A DNA stretch of 64,000 nucleotides from Felis catus (lineage: Eukaryota). Positions 37,944 to 50,657 of the stretch are shown here, in pieces. Made by a program: the position numbers and the translations under genes. Location of the stretch: contig NC_058368.1 of the NCBI RefSeq assembly GCF_018350175.1, positions 98,086,001 through 98,150,000 on the forward strand. Direction: 5' to 3'. A model generated the notes under the pieces. It had not been told where the DNA came from and made no database searches. It worked only from the letters and a program-made list of their open reading frames with translations. Position 1 is the stretch's first letter, and each line of letters begins with the position of its first letter.

Positions 37944-38679
37944 TCAGGTACACTTCTTAAATGAACAATCTTGTCGAATTGGGAAATTCCTCATAATGGC
38001 CTTTGTAGTACTAGGTTGTCTTATTAAGATTTTGCCATTTTTGTAGACATCTAGAGCTTCTGGGACCACAGTTCTTAGACACAAAGTAAGTGTTTGAGCC
38101 GGAAGGTGACGTGCCCATTTCTTTGAAACTGGAAGATCACGGTTGTTTACCTGGGCCTTGGATCTCTTGAAGCCAAATAGATACTAAACAGGGGTGTGAA
38201 TTGGGGGTTTTGTGGTGTGTTACAGTGTACCTTGTTGCACAGAAGTTTTCTTGAGGTTGGTGGGTGACCTAATGTCAATCTAACCCCTTCCATGACTGAC
38301 TTACCCTCGCCCTGAGGTCTTAGAGTTAGGTGATGAGCTCTCTGACGACTTCTAAGTGCTTAACCCATGCCCACCAATTTTGTGGCTTTGGTTTCTGAGG
38401 TTCCTGTTAGCCACAGCGCAGTTATTTCTTTCACGAGGACATTACAGTGGTAGATGCCCTAATGGCTTTTAATAGTCCAACTTGTGCCTACCTAGGTTTG
38501 TAGTGCCATTGATCAAAAGTTTCCGAATTTCTTGTCTTATTTCCCAAGTTCCCCCAGCACTTTGTGCTGTGGACTTACCTGGAGACTTTGTGAGTTTACT
38601 AATGGCTGCTCCCTCTTGTGAACTGACACTGTAGCTACCCTGGAACCTTTCAGGGTCTCAGAGCCTTTCCAGGAACTAG

Positions 38680-38955
38680 ATGTTTATATATTTAATATAA
38701 ATTTATATATAATGTCTTTTCATATGCTTATTTTAATAACATTTAATATATATCTGTGTTTTATATGTTATATGTATTTATTTATATATTATTTAGATAT
38801 TTACACATTTATTATGCATTTGTACTATATATTTATGTAAATATGTAAATTGGAAAGATACATATTTTATATATTTAAATACTTATAATTAAACCATATT
38901 AATATCAATATATAAATAATACATATGTAAATAAATTGATATATTTAAATATAAA
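38680..38955. repeat. AT-rich low-complexity (TA)-like tract inside the ERV leader
   Basis: Almost entirely A/T. Confidence 0.85.
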
Positions 38956-39145
38956 GTTTACTTGGATTGGAGAGCTGCATGCAAGAGAGCAGAGCTCACA
39001 TTCCCGTGTGACTTACCCATGGCCCTTGGTATCAAGTAGAGAAATCGTGAACTCACACCATTCAGCTGGCACCTCACCTGTGTGGCTTTTTGTCCCATAG
39101 ACTGTTAGTAGTCAAGTTCAGATCCCATCCTTCATTGCCACAAAC

Positions 39146-39515
39146 TGTTAAAAAAAATGATTAAAGAAGATGATTGATGCGATACAAAACATACTTTAGT
39201 TAACACTTCAGGAAGGAAATGGCCTCTCAAAGAACTGCAGAACAGGTCAGAAGATGGGAAGATTTCATAGGGCAAAGAGTAAAGAACAAGGAGGACACAA
39301 ATAGAAGGTGTCTGATTGGCTGGGGCCCTGGTCACCTTGTTTGGGTGAGAAGGCCCAGAGCTTCTTGGCTTGGTGTTTGGAGGCATTGGCTGACTGGATG
39401 TTCTGCATTTCTGGTCAAACGGCGAGTTTATGGGGACACTCAAGTTACCTGAGGTTTGGTTTGCTGCAGTGACACCCTGGTTGGCAGGGGCTCCATTTAG
39501 AAAATTATTTCAGCA
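39146..39515 (-). mobile_element. 5' LTR of the ERV1 relic
   Basis: TG...CA termini (tgttaaaaaaaatgatt ... ttatttcagca), gattggct CCAAT box on the minus strand, 5 nt from the PBS. Confidence 0.75.
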
Positions 39516-40630
39516 CTACTTATATTTGATTTTCATCAGTTTGATTATGATATGTCTAGGTAAGTGTTTCTCTGTATTTTCCTTTTTACATTTACATCAT
39601 TGTGTTTTTCATGAAGTTGTGAAAATTATTGTTCTCTTTTTCTTCTAGTACTTTTCTGCCCTACCCCCTCTCTCACCACCTGTGGCCCCCTAAGCTTCAT
39701 GTATGATAATACCTTTTAATATTGTTCCAGAGTTCCATTGAGGCTTTGTTAATTTGTTTCATTCTGTTTTTTTCTGTGCCCTTCAAGTTGGATAATTTCA
39801 AATGACTGAACCTCAAGTTTATTGATCTTTTCTACTGCCCTGCAGAATCTTCTATTAAACTTCTCCAGTGAAATTTTCATTCTCAGTTATTGTACTTTTC
39901 ATTTCTAGAATTTCCATTTGGTTTATTTTCCTTATTTCCTGTTGTCTGTTGAGATTCCTTTATAAGTTTAATCTTTATGACCAATTTTTTTTCCCATTGA
40001 GCCTTTGAATACAGAACTGTTTTAGTGTCATAGAATTTCTTTTCCTGCTAATTTTGTCATCTGGGTTATCTCAGATTCCCTTCCTATTGAGCTTTTTCTT
40101 GGATCATACATTGACAATGGATCACACATTGACCTCCTAGGGTGAATCTCTGGGCAACCTGAAGTGTTTACCAAACTCCTCTGACTTGGTAAACTCCTGC
40201 TCCAAACCCTGTCCTCTGTGAGGAGAAGTTGGCATCCATGTGACTTCTTTCAGCTTGCCACTTGAGGTTTTCCAGTCAGCCCCTAGGAATCTTCCCTGTG
40301 CATATGCAGATTTTAGAGTGCCCTGCTGCCCTTATAGCCTTTCTGCCATCTTGCTCACTTGCTAATCCAGGTCTGTGTGCTGACATCTCAAACTTGCATT
40401 CTGACCTCTGCAACATGAGAACTGGTGGGTGTCTTTAGGAGTAGAGCCCATGTTTACATAAAACTTCATCTCACTTAGGGTGCTTCACTTCCTTCAAAGG
40501 ACAATTCTCTCTAGTCTCTTTGCTTTCGGTTAACTCTCCAGTACTTTCAAATTGTCTTTTCAAACAAAATGTCAACAGTATTTTCAGTTGTTATCTTTGA
40601 GAGGGTTAGTCAAATACTGAATGTGGACTC
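39516..40630 (-). mobile_element. Old L1M ORF1/5'-region fragment
   Basis: Antisense ORF1-like blocks (cagtttgattatgatatgtctagg; tcaagtttattgatcttttctactg; atttctagaatttccatttggttt). Confidence 0.65.
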
Positions 40631-40644
40631 TCACAGTAACTCAG

Positions 40645-40990
40645 TTTTTTAAAGCCACCTATTGAGGTATGAGTGACATGTAAAACCTGTATAAACCTGT
40701 ACTCGATGAATTTGGAAATAAGTATACACCTGTGAAACTATCTCTAGATTATGCCATAAACACATCCGTCAACTCGAGGTTTCCTCCTACCCTTAATATT
40801 TTTTTATTATTCTTATTACTATTACTATTATTATTATTTGTGTGTGTATATAAGAAAAACACTTGACATAAGATCTATCCTCTTAGCAAGTTTTTAAGTA
40901 TATGATACAGTACATATCTAGGACTTACTCATTTCCCGGAACTGGAACTTTGTACCTTTGGGCTAATACTTCCTTATTTCCTCCTCCCCA
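40645..40990 (-). mobile_element. L1MA/MB 3' end
   Basis: ttttttaaagccacctattgaggtatg...cacttgacataagatctatcctcttagcaagtttttaagtata. Confidence 0.75.
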
Positions 40991-41208
40991 GATGTTTATT
41001 TTCAATAACTTTCTTCTAATTGAATGTTAGTTATTGAAAATACCTTGTATATTCATTTTAATTTCAACATTGTTGTTATAATTGCTTATTCTAGTTTGTT
41101 GTTAGATTCTTTGGGCTTCTGCACAGACAATACTATCACATGGGATAAATCCTATTTTATTTCCTCCTTTCTATTTTTTGTTATCTTTTAATGATTTTAT
41201 AATTTTTT

Positions 41209-41411
41209 AAATTTCGGGTTTTTTTTTAATGTTTATTTATTTTTGAGAGATAGAGTAAGCAATTCAGGGGAGGGGCAGAGAGAGAGGGAGACAGAATTGC
41301 TGAAACGGGCTCTATGTTGACAGCAGAGAGCCCAATGTGGATTTCACCCACTATAAGATCATGACTTGAGCCAAGTTGGATGTTTAATGGACTCATCCAC
41401 CCAGGCACCCC
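41209..41411 (-). mobile_element. Can-SINE
   Basis: TSD tgattttataattttt. Confidence 0.93.
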
Positions 41412-41708
41412 TGATTTTATAATTTTTAAATGTTTGATCTTTTTTTTTAATTTAATTTTTTATTTTTTAAAATTTACATCCAAATTAGTTAGCATATAGT
41501 GCAACAATGATTTCAGGAGTAGATTCCTTAGTGCCCCTTGCCCATTTAGCCCATCCCCCCTCACACTACCCCTCCAGCAACCCTCAGTTTGTTCTCCATA
41601 TTTATGAGTCTCTTCTGTTTTGTTCCCCCTCCCTGTTTTTATATTACTTTTGTTTCCCTTCCCTTATGTTCATCTGTTTTGTCTCTTAAAGTCCTCATCT
41701 GAGTGAAG

Positions 41709-44700
41709 TCATATGATTTTTGTCTTTCTCTGACTAATTTCACTTAGCATAATACCCTCCAGTTCCATCCACATAGTTGCAAATGGCAAGATTTCCTTCT
41801 TTTTGATTGCTGAGTAATACTCCATTGTATATATATCTTTTTTATCCATTCATCCATAAATGGACATTTGGGCTCTTTCCATACTTTGGCTCTTGTTGAT
41901 AGTGCTGCTATAAACATGGAGGTGCATGTGTCCGTTCAAAATAGCACACCTGTATCCTGTGGATAAATGCCTAGTGGTGAAATTGCTGAGTCATAGAGTA
42001 GTCCTATTTTTAGTTTTTTGAGGAACCACCATGCTGTTTTCCAGAGTGGCTGCACCAGCTTGCATTGCCATCAACGATGCAAAAGAGATCCTCTTTCTCC
42101 ACATTCTCGCCAACATCTGTTGTTGCCTGAGTTGTTAATGGGAGCCATTCTGACAGGTGTAAGGTGGTATCTCGTTGTGGTTTTGATTGGTATTTCCCTG
42201 ATGATGAGTGATGTTGAGCATTTTTTCATGTGTCGGTTGGCCATCTGGATGTCTTCTTTAGAGAATTGTCTAGTCATGTCTTTTGCCTATTTCTTCACTG
42301 GATTGTTTGTTTTTTGGGTGTTGAGTTTGATAAGTTCTTTATAGATTTTGGATACTAATCCTTTATCTGATAATCATTTGACAATATCTTCTCCCATTCT
42401 GTAGGTTGCCTTTTAGTTTTGCTGATGGTTTCCTTCCCTGTGCAGAAGCTTTTTATTTTGATGAGATCCCAGTAGTTTATTTTTTTTTTGTTTCCCTTGT
42501 CTCCAGAGATGTGTTGAGTAAGAAGTTGCTGCGGGCAAGATCAAAGAGGTTTTTGCCTGCTTTCTCCTCGAGGATTTTGATGGCTTCCTGTCTTACACTG
42601 AGGTCTTTCATCCATTTTGAGTTTATTTTTGTGTCTGGTGTAAGAAAGTAGTCCGGGTTCATTCTTCTGCATGTCGCTGTCCAGTTTTCCCAGCACGACT
42701 TGCTGAAGAGACTGTCTTTAATCCATTGGATATTCTTTCCTGCTTTGTCAGAGATTAGTTGGCCATACGTTTGTGGGTCCATTTCTGGGTTCTCTATTCT
42801 GTTCCACTGATCTGAGTGTCTGTTCTTGTGCCAGTACCATACTGTCTTGATGATTACAGCTTTGTAGTATAGCTTGAAGTCTGGGATTGTGATGCCTCCT
42901 GCTTTGGTGTTCTTTTTCAAGATTTCTTTGGCTATTTGGGGTCTTTTCTGGTTCCAGACAAATTTTAGGATTATTTGTTCTAGCTCTGTGAAGAATGCTG
43001 GTGTTACTTTGATAGGGATCACATTGAATATGTAGATTGCTCTGGGTAGTATCGACATTTTAACAATATTTGTTCTTCCTGTCCAGGAGCAGGGAATCTC
43101 TTTCCATTTTTTTGTGTCTTATTCAATTTCTTTCATCAGCTTTCTATAGTTTTCAGTGTATAGATTTTTCACCTCTTTGTTTAGATTTATTCCTAGGTAT
43201 TTTATGGTTTTTTGTGCAACTGCAAATGGGATCGATTCCTTGATTTCTCTTTCTGTCGCTTCATTGTTGGAGTATAGGAATGCAACTGATTTCTGTGCAT
43301 TGATTTTATATCCTGCAACTTTGCTGAATTCATGAATCAATTCTAGAAGTTTTTTGTGGAATCTTTTGGGTTTTCCATATAGAGTATCATGTCATCTGCA
43401 AAGAGTGAAAGTTTGACCTCCTCCTGGCCGATTTGGATGCCTTTTATTTCTTTGTGTTGTCTGAATGCAGAGGCTAAGACTTCCAAATACTATGTTGAAT
43501 AACAGTGACGAGAGTGGACATCCCTGTTTTGTTCCTGACCTTAGGGGGAAAGCTTCTCAGTTTTTCCCCATTGAGGAGGATATTAGCATTGGGTCGTTCA
43601 TATATGGCTGTTATGATCTCGAGGTATGCACCTTCTATCCCTATCTTCTTGAGGGTTTTTATCAAGAAAGGATGCTGTATTTTGTCAAATGCTTTGTCTG
43701 CACCTATTGAGAGGATCATATGGTTCTTGTCCTTTCTTTTATTGATGTGATGAATCATGTTAATTGTTTTGTGGATATTGAACCAGCCATGCATCCCAGG
43801 TATAAATCCAACTTGGTCGTGGTGAATACTTTTTTTAATGTATTGTTGGATCCAGTTGGCTAATATCCTGTTGAGGATTTTTGGAATCCATGTTCATCAG
43901 GAAAATTGATCTATAGTTCTCCTTTTTGTGGGGTCTCTGTCTGGTTTTGGAATCAAGGTAATGCTGGCTTCATAGAAAGAGTTTGGAAGTTTTCCTTCCA
44001 TTTCTATTTTTTGGAACACCTTCAAGAGAATAGGTGTCAACTCTTGCTTAAATGTTTGGTAGAATTCCCCTGGAAAGCCATTTGGCCCTGGACTCTTGTT
44101 TTTTGGCAGATTTTTGATTACTAATTCGATTTCCTTACTGGTTATGGGTCTGTTCACATTTCTGTTTCTTCCTGTTTCAGTTTTGGTAGTGTATATCTTT
44201 CTAGGAATTTGTCCATTTCTTCCAGATTGCCAATTTTTTTGGCATTAATTGTGCATAATATTCTCTTATTATTGTTTTTCTTTTTGCTGTGTTGGTTGTG
44301 GTCTCTCCTCTTTCATTCTTGATTTTATTTATTTGGAACCTTTCCTTTTTCTTTTTGATCAATCTGGGTAGTGGTTTATCAATTTAGTTAATTCTTTCAA
44401 GGAACCAGCTTCTGGTTTCATTAATCTGTTCTACTGTTTTTTTGGTTTCGATAGCATTAATTTCTGCTCTAATTTTTATTATTTCCTGTCTTCGGCTGAC
44501 TTGGGGTTTTCTTTGCTGTTTTTTTTCCAGCTCCTTAAGGCGTAAGGTTCGGTTGTGTTTCTAAGATTTTTCTTCCTTCTTTAGGAAGGCCTGGATTGCT
44601 ATACACTTTCCTCTTATGGCTGCCTTTGCTATGTCCCAGAGCTTTTGGGTTGTGGTGCTATCATTTTCATTGACTTCCCTATACTTTTTAATTTCCTCTT

Positions 44701-45735
44701 TAACTTTTTGGTTAGCCCATTCATTCTTTTTTTTTTTTAATTTTTTTTTAAACGTTTATTCATTTTTGAGACAGAGAGAGACAGGACATGAATGGGGGAA
44801 GGTCAGAGAGAGAGGGAGACACAGAATCTGAAACAGGCTCCAGGCTCTGAGCTGTCAGCACAGAGCCTGATGCAGGGCTCAAACTCACGAGCTGCGAGAT
44901 CATGACCTGAGCCGAAGTCGGACGCCCAACCGACTGAGCCACCCAGTTGCCCCAGCCCATTCATTAATAGGATGTTCTTCAGTCTCCAAGTATTTGTTAC
45001 CTTTCAAATTTTTTCTTGTGGTTGATTTTGAGATTCATAGCTTTGTGGTCTGAAAATATGCACATTATGATCTCTATCTTTTTGTACTTACTTAGGGCTG
45101 ATTTGTGTCCCAGTGTATGGTCTCTTCTGGAGAACATTCCATGTGCACTGGAGAAGAATGTATATTCTGCTCCTTTAGAATGAAATGTTCTGAATATATC
45201 TGTTAAGTCCATCTGGTCCAGTGTGTCATTCAAAGCCATTGTTTCTTTGTTGTTTTTTTGATTAGATGATCTGTCCATTGCTGTGAGTGGGGTGTTGAAG
45301 TCTCCTACAATTATGGTATTACTATCGAAGAGTTTCTTTATGTTTGTGATTAATTGATGTATATACTTGGGTGCTTTCGCATTTGGCACATAAATGTTTA
45401 TAATTGTTAGGTCTTCTTGGTCTATAGACCCCTTGATTATGATGTGATGGCTCTCTCCATCTCTTGATACAGTCTTTATTTTAAAGTCTAGATTGTCTGA
45501 TATAAGTATGGCTACTCCTGCTTTCTTTTGTTGACCATTAGCATGATAGATGGTTCTCCATCCCCTTACTTTCAATCTGAAGGTGTCTTTAGGTGTAAAG
45601 TGGGTCTCTTATAAACAGCATATAGATGGATCTTGTTTTCTTATTCATTCTGTTACCCTATGTCTTTTGATTGGAGTATTGAGTCCATTGACATTTAGAA
45701 TGAGTACTGATGCTTATAGAGCATCATGAGTATTA
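41709..45735 (-). pseudogene. L1 ORF2p (APE endonuclease and reverse transcriptase), frameshifted and SINE-interrupted
   Basis: ORF fragments contain [55 protein letters not shown] (about 43390) and [14 protein letters not shown], in different frames. Confidence 0.95.
44726..44953 (-). mobile_element. Can-SINE inserted in L1 ORF2
   Basis: TSD agcccattcatt (44714-44725, 44954-44965). Confidence 0.97.
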
Positions 45736-45804
45736 CGATGCCTATTGAGTTGGAGTTTCTGGTGGTGTTTCCTGGTCCTTTCTAATCCTTGTTGCTTTTG
45801 GTAT

Positions 45805-45980
45805 TTTACATATATATGTGTGTGTGTGTATATATAAGTGTGTATATATACACACACACATATATATTTACATATATACATATGTAATATACCTATATAT
45901 ACATATATATTTTACATATATATTTACATATATATGTTTGTGTGTGTGTGTATACACACACATACATACATTTTTTTTTT
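45805..45980. repeat. Mixed (TA)/(TG)/(CA) microsatellite in the L1 inter-ORF spacer
   Basis: Directly visible between the ORF1 stop and the ORF2 start region. Confidence 0.9.
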
Positions 45981-45996
45981 TTCATCTTTTTTCCCC

Positions 45997-46876
45997 TCAG
46001 AGAGTCCTCCTTAAAATTTCTTGCAGGGCTGGTGTAGTACTCACAAACTCCTTTAATTTTTGTTTGTCTGGGAAACTTTTATCTCTCCTTCTATTTTGAA
46101 TGACAACTGTGCTGCATAAAGAATTCTTGGCTGCCTATTTTTCTGATTCAGCACACTGAATATATCCCACCACTCCTTTCTGGCCTGCCAAGTTTCTGTG
46201 GGTAGGTCTGCTGCAAACCTGATCTGTCTTCCCTTGTAGGTTAGGGACTTTTTTCCCTTGCTGTTTTCATGATTCTCTCCTTGCCTGAGTATTTTGTGAA
46301 TTTGACTATGATATGCCTTGCTGATGGTCGTTTTTTGTTGAATCTAATGGGGGTCCTCCGTGCTAACTGGATTTTGATGTCTGTGTCTTTCCCCAGGTTA
46401 GGAAAGTTTTCTGCTATGATTTGCTCACATAACCCTTCTACCCACATTTCTCTCTCTTCCTCTTCTGGGTCCCCTATGATTCTGATGTTGTTCCTTTTTA
46501 ATGAGTCACTGATTTCTCTAATTCTTAAACCGTGCTCTTTTGCCTTAATCTCCCTCTTTTTTTCTGCTTCATTATTCTCTATAAGTGTGTCCTCTATGTT
46601 GCTGATTCTCTGTTCTGCCTCATCCATCCTTGCTGCCGCAGCATCCATCCATGATTGCAGCTCAGTTATAGCATTTTCAATTTCATTCTGACCTATTTTT
46701 TAGTTATTTTGTCTCTACAGAAGAGGATTCTAATCTATTTCTGACTCCAGCTAGTATTCTTATTATCATGATTCTAAATTCTGGTTCAGACATCTTGCTT
46801 GTATCTGTGCTGGTTAAATCCCTGGCTGTCGTTTCTTTGTGCTCTTTTTTTGGTGTGAATTCCTTCATTTTGTCAT
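45997..46876 (-). pseudogene. L1 ORF1p, disrupted
   Basis: Starts ATG ACA AAA TGA (stop at codon 4). Internal RMDEAEQRISNIED...LKRNNIRIIG...IIAENFPNL...PSARHIIVKF; ends PALQEILRRTL*. Confidence 0.92.
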
Positions 46877-47069
46877 TTTGAAGGGAGGCAAGGAATTAGT
46901 GACGTAGAAAAATTGAAATAAAAAAAATTAAAATTAAAAAAATATTAAAATTAAAAATTAAACACACACGTACACAAATTGAATAGATGATGCTAGATCC
47001 TAGGTGTGTTTTTGTCTGAGTGTAGAAAGTGTTGTGACAGAGAAAAAAAGGGGGGGGGGGAGAAAAAAA

Positions 47070-47720
47070 GGAAAATCGTTTGAGAATTTGAAAAAATGTA
47101 TACACTGAGGTAGACTAAAATGAGATGATGGGGGTAAAATAGAATTTGAAAAAATATACACAAGAGTAAAGAATACAGTAGAAAAATTAAAGAAAAATAT
47201 TTTTAATAAAAATTAAAAGTAAATATAATTTTTTCTTTTCCTGTATTCAATAAAAAAGAAAAGAAGCAAAAAAGACAAAAAAGATTAAAAAACAAACAAA
47301 AAAAAGAAATCGTTTGAAAATTTGAAAAAGTGAATACACTGCAGTAGACTAAAATAAAATGATGGAAGTAAAATAGAATTTGAAAAAATTTACATAAAAG
47401 CAAAAAATATATTAAAATTAAATAAAAATACTTTTAATAGAAATTGAAAGTAAAAATGAAGTTTTCTCTTTCTGCATTCAAGAAAAAGAAAATAAAAAGA
47501 AAAAATGAAAAGAATGAAAAAAGAAAAAAGGAAATTGAAAATTTAATTGAAAAGGTGAATACACTGAAGCAGACTAAAATAAAATGATAGAAGTAAAATA
47601 GAATTTGAAAAAAAATACACAAAAGTAAAAAATATAGTAATAAGAGTTAAAGAAAAATATTTTTAATAAAAACTGAAATTAAAAATGAATTTTTTCTTTT
47701 TCTATATTCAAGAAAAAGAA
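47070..47720. repeat. Three ~230-bp tandem units in the L1 5'UTR
   Basis: Anchor (t/c)agactaaaat at 47111, 47345 and 47570, each followed by gtaaaatagaatttgaaaaaa and tatttttaata-like blocks. Confidence 0.9.
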
Positions 47721-48644
47721 GTGTAAAGGAGAGAAAAAAAGAAAGATAATTGAATAGATCAGTCTCCTAATGGATTGAAGTAGGACTGAAATTACTTCGT
47801 TTTCCCCTAGAAGTCAGTCTATGTAGCACTTTATAGTCCATAAACTAAGAGAGCGGTGAGACTTGTGTTCTTGAAGAGTGAAGTTGGCCCAGTTGGGCAG
47901 GTCTCAGTGTAAAGCCTCTGCTCTCCACTAGATGGTGCTGCTAGCCCTGGGGTGGATTGCTGCGGTGCTCATAGGTGTGTATGTGCATGTGCAGGAGCGG
48001 TGAAAATGGCGCCACCCAGCTACCCAGTCTGTTTTCCCCATCCGCAATCAGGCACCCGTCCTCTGTCTTCAGCTCTCGTCCCCTTCCTGCTTTTTCACTC
48101 TCCGTGACCAGGGCCCTGGCAGTACCTCTCTCCCAAGTTTTATCTCAGATGCGGCTGTTCCCCAGCCCCTTTCTTCTGAAGGACTGTGGCTTTGACCCGT
48201 TCCGCCCCTCTGCTGGAGGATCTCACCAAGCAATGGCCGAATGTCAGCTGCACCCAGGAACGCTTGCTGGACCCTGCTGCTGCCTGTGCCCCGAGACTGT
48301 GGTCAGGTGCCTGCCCGCCCCAGAAAAAGTTCGTGAGATAGTGTAGCAGCAGCATTTTGGGGATTATGGAAAATCACAACACCAGGCTTCACCCTTAACA
48401 ACCTTGTTCCAGCACCAGAGAGTGTGGCCGTTTTCTGGGGTCTGCCGGGACAAGGTGGCTTCAATAGTCTCTACCAAATGCCCTTCCAGCAGTGGAACCG
48501 CTTTTCCCCATGTGGCCCGAAAACCTCCTGGACCCCACTCTGCTCCTGGGGATTCACCTTTCCCACCAGAGCACCGCTAGGTATTGAGCTACAGAGTTGC
48601 AGACTTTGCACTCCCCTTGTTTACAGTCTTAACGGAATTTAAAC

Positions 48645-48710
48645 CCTCTCCTTTCTCCTTTCTCCTTTCTTTCTCCTTTCTTTCTCCTTTCTTTCTCCTT
48701 TCTCCCTTTT
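48645..48710. repeat. (CTCCTTT)n-like pyrimidine repeat in the L1 5'UTR
   Basis: Directly visible. Confidence 0.85.
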
Positions 48711-49752
48711 TAGTTTAGTCCCTGTGGCTGTTTCAGATTTTCCACTTTCTTTCCAGCTGCTTTTGGGGAGGGGTGCTTTTCCCATATTCTCCCCCCCCCC
48801 TCCCCGCCCAGTCTTTGTCCTCTCTCTGCCTGCAAAAGCGGCTCCGTGCCCACCGCCAGCTTCTCTCTCCCCAAGTGCACCTCTCCGTGGCATGCACCTA
48901 CTGAATTCTGTGGTTCAGGTTGTGCAGATTGTTGTGTTAATCCTCTAATCAGTTTTCTAGGTGTGTAGGATGGTTTAATGTTGGTCTGGCTCTATTTCAT
49001 GGACGCGAGTCACACAAAAAACTTCCATGCTGTTCTGCCATCTTGGCTCCTCTGCTTTAAATGTTTGATGTTAATGTGTTACTAAGAACACTGGAATAAA
49101 AACAATAATACTAGTGCATATTATTGTTTTTGATTTCAAAAGACACAGTTTTCACATTTTACCATTTTGTTGCTTGCTGTAGCTTTTTATAGATATCCTT
49201 TTTTTTTTATAATAATGAATGTTACGTATTTTTTTGAGTCTGTAGGATCAATCATTATTTTTCTCTAGTCTTTTAAGATGGTAAATTATGTTCATTTATT
49301 GTTTAATGTTAAATATATATATGTACATTTCAAGTCTTTTTCATTTGTTTCTATATTAGGTTCATTGTTTATACCTTTAGGATTTAGCATGAGTGTTCAA
49401 GAGTGTTATTTTTCTTTTTTTTTCGTGTTTTTCTCATTAAGCTTTGCTGTCAGGAGTGTACTAGTTCATTACAGTGAGTCAGTTCTGTATTTTGTCATAG
49501 TATGTATGAAAATGCAGTTATTTGGTTTTTTTTCCACCAACAAAGTTGTCTGTTTATTTTATTTAAAAGTTTATTTTTCTTAATGTTAATAAGATTTTTG
49601 GAGTTTTAATTTATTTTTGAGTAAATTTTGTGAAATTAAATTTTTCCTGCAAGGTATCCAAATTTTTTGTTTATGGAGATAAAGTAGTCATGATATCCTT
49701 TGATGATGTGTTTAATGTCTGCTTCATTCATCATTATGTGGATTTTTCTTTT

Positions 49753-49955
49753 AGTTTGTTTTTAAGTTATTTATTTTGAGAGAGACAGAGAAAGTGTGAG
49801 CTGGGGAGGGGCAGAGAGAGAGGAAAAGAGAGCCCCAAGCAACTCCCTGCTGTGAGCTCAGAGCCCAACTTGGGACTCCATCCCAGAAACTGAGATCACA
49901 AACTGAGCCTAAATCAAGACTCAGACGCTTAACTGACTAAGCCACCCAGGTGGTC
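49753..49955 (-). mobile_element. Can-SINE
   Basis: TSD tggatttttctttt. Confidence 0.93.
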
Positions 49956-50386
49956 TGGATTTTTCTTTTTCATTATTAAAGTAGTTTATTGAACATTATT
50001 TTCTTTTTGTTAAAGTATGTTTTGACAGATGTTAGTCAAATTTACGCTAGATGTCAAAGAACCAATTATTCACTTCCTTTGTCTTTTCTATTATATATAT
50101 TGTATTTTGTTAAATTGTTATCTTAGGTTTATCATTTCATTTTTTTTATATATATATTCCTTGGGCTATTCTTTGTTAATTGCCTATTAATCTTTTAACA
50201 TGGATGGCTAAGGTGTAATTTTCACTGTGTCTTCTTAATAGAAACATTTGACACTGTTCATTTTTGTGCATATCCATAATAGCTTCATCCTATACGGTTT
50301 TTGGAGTTCTTTCTATTTTTAATTAGGATTTTTCCATGATTCATAAATTTTTAGATGTTTGATTATTTGATTTTAAAATTAATTTT

Positions 50387-50596
50387 TTAAACAGATTCTT
50401 TTTTATAATGTTTGTTTGTCTTGAGAGAGAGAGAGAGAGAGAGGGAGAGAGAAAGAGAGAGACAGAGAATCCCAGGCAGGCTCACCACTGTCAGTGTGGA
50501 GCCTGATGCTGGGCTCAAACTTGCAAACAGTGAAATCATGACCTGAGCCAAAATTAAGAGTCTGACGCTTAACCTACTGAGCCACGCAGGCACCCC
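50387..50596 (-). mobile_element. Can-SINE
   Basis: TSD ttaaaattaatttt. Confidence 0.93.
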
Positions 50597-50657
50597 TTAA
50601 AATTAATTTTCTTACGGATGGATTTTAAAAAGGCTTACCTTTAAAATACATACTTTT

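Larger units (their letters stand above)
36090..39145 (-). mobile_element. ERV1-class internal region (leader and degraded gag), truncated
   Basis: PBS at 39122-39140; a CX2CX4HX4C knuckle CLICNQLGH*KKDC is encoded at 37029-37070 on the minus strand; leader resembles MER4-group internals. Left boundary uncertain. Confidence 0.75.
41439..49055 (-). mobile_element. Full-length carnivore/felid LINE-1, inactivated
   Basis: The 5' end gcagaggagccaagatggc contains the YY1 core. 5'UTR, ORF1, spacer, ORF2 (EN and RT), 3'UTR and A-rich tail follow in order. 14-bp TSD tttaaatgtttgat at 41425-41438 and 49056-49069. Confidence 0.97.

Noticed and set aside
42477..45575. L1 ORF2 fragments as functional genes or an active element
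   Set aside because: Multiple frameshifts and stops, a SINE insertion in ORF2 and a stop at ORF1 codon 4; not retrotransposition-competent.
47070..47720. CRISPR-like or satellite array
   Set aside because: Units are similar over their full length with no unique spacers, lie inside an L1 5'UTR, and the context is mammalian.
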